The notes under the pieces: generated by a model | What the model saw: only the letters and a program-made list of their open reading frames with translations | Told to the model about the DNA's origin: nothing | Database searches by the model: none | Shown here: positions 24,325-24,353 of the stretch, in pieces | How the letters are laid out: each line of letters starts with the position of its first letter | Position numbering within the stretch: position 1 is the stretch's first letter | Translations under genes and position numbers: made by a program | Virus record (IMG/VR): IMGVR_UViG_3300049712_000032 | Coordinates: 1 to 24,353 of that record | From: a virus | Taxonomy: Duplodnaviria; Caudoviricetes | DNA: 24,353 nucleotides | Reading direction: 5' to 3' (one strand)

Positions 24325-24353
24325 TTAATCGTCTTCGGGATAAAGGTTATCAT
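24325..24353 (-). CDS. 3' end of a further DNLY-tagged gene running off the window
   Basis: GAT AAC CTT TAT CCC GAA GAC GAT TAA = DNLYPEDD*. Confidence 0.65.

Noticed and set aside
801-24353. DNLY motif as a CRISPR repeat, attC site or phage RNA polymerase promoter
   Set aside because: Nucleotide variation is concentrated at synonymous positions, there is no palindrome or regular spacing, and the motif is in frame near ORF ends.

Overview
A 24 kb segment of a tailed bacteriophage genome, almost all on the minus strand. It holds a T7-like replication module: family A DNA polymerase, gp4-like primase-helicase, SSB, Cas4-like exonuclease and endonuclease I-like resolvase. Auxiliary genes include a Mom-like DNA modifier, MazG-like NTP-PPase, cytidylyltransferase, cupin, BCS1-like AAA ATPase, GGQ release-factor-like protein, metallophosphoesterase, nucleotidyltransferase, DUF3310 protein, LapG/BTLCP-like protease and two HNH nucleases. 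The main observation is that about 21 small, mostly dissimilar accessory ORFs end in the same peptide, (R/K)-D-N-L-Y plus an acidic tail. The peptide is encoded with free synonymous variation (all six Leu codons), and in 14 cases the same DNA also holds the next gene's start codon. Three tagged genes are broken by single lesions. Two co-varying H-type pseudoknots and a larger structured RNA candidate lie between the SSB and exonuclease genes. All calls come from reading motifs by eye; no database search was run.
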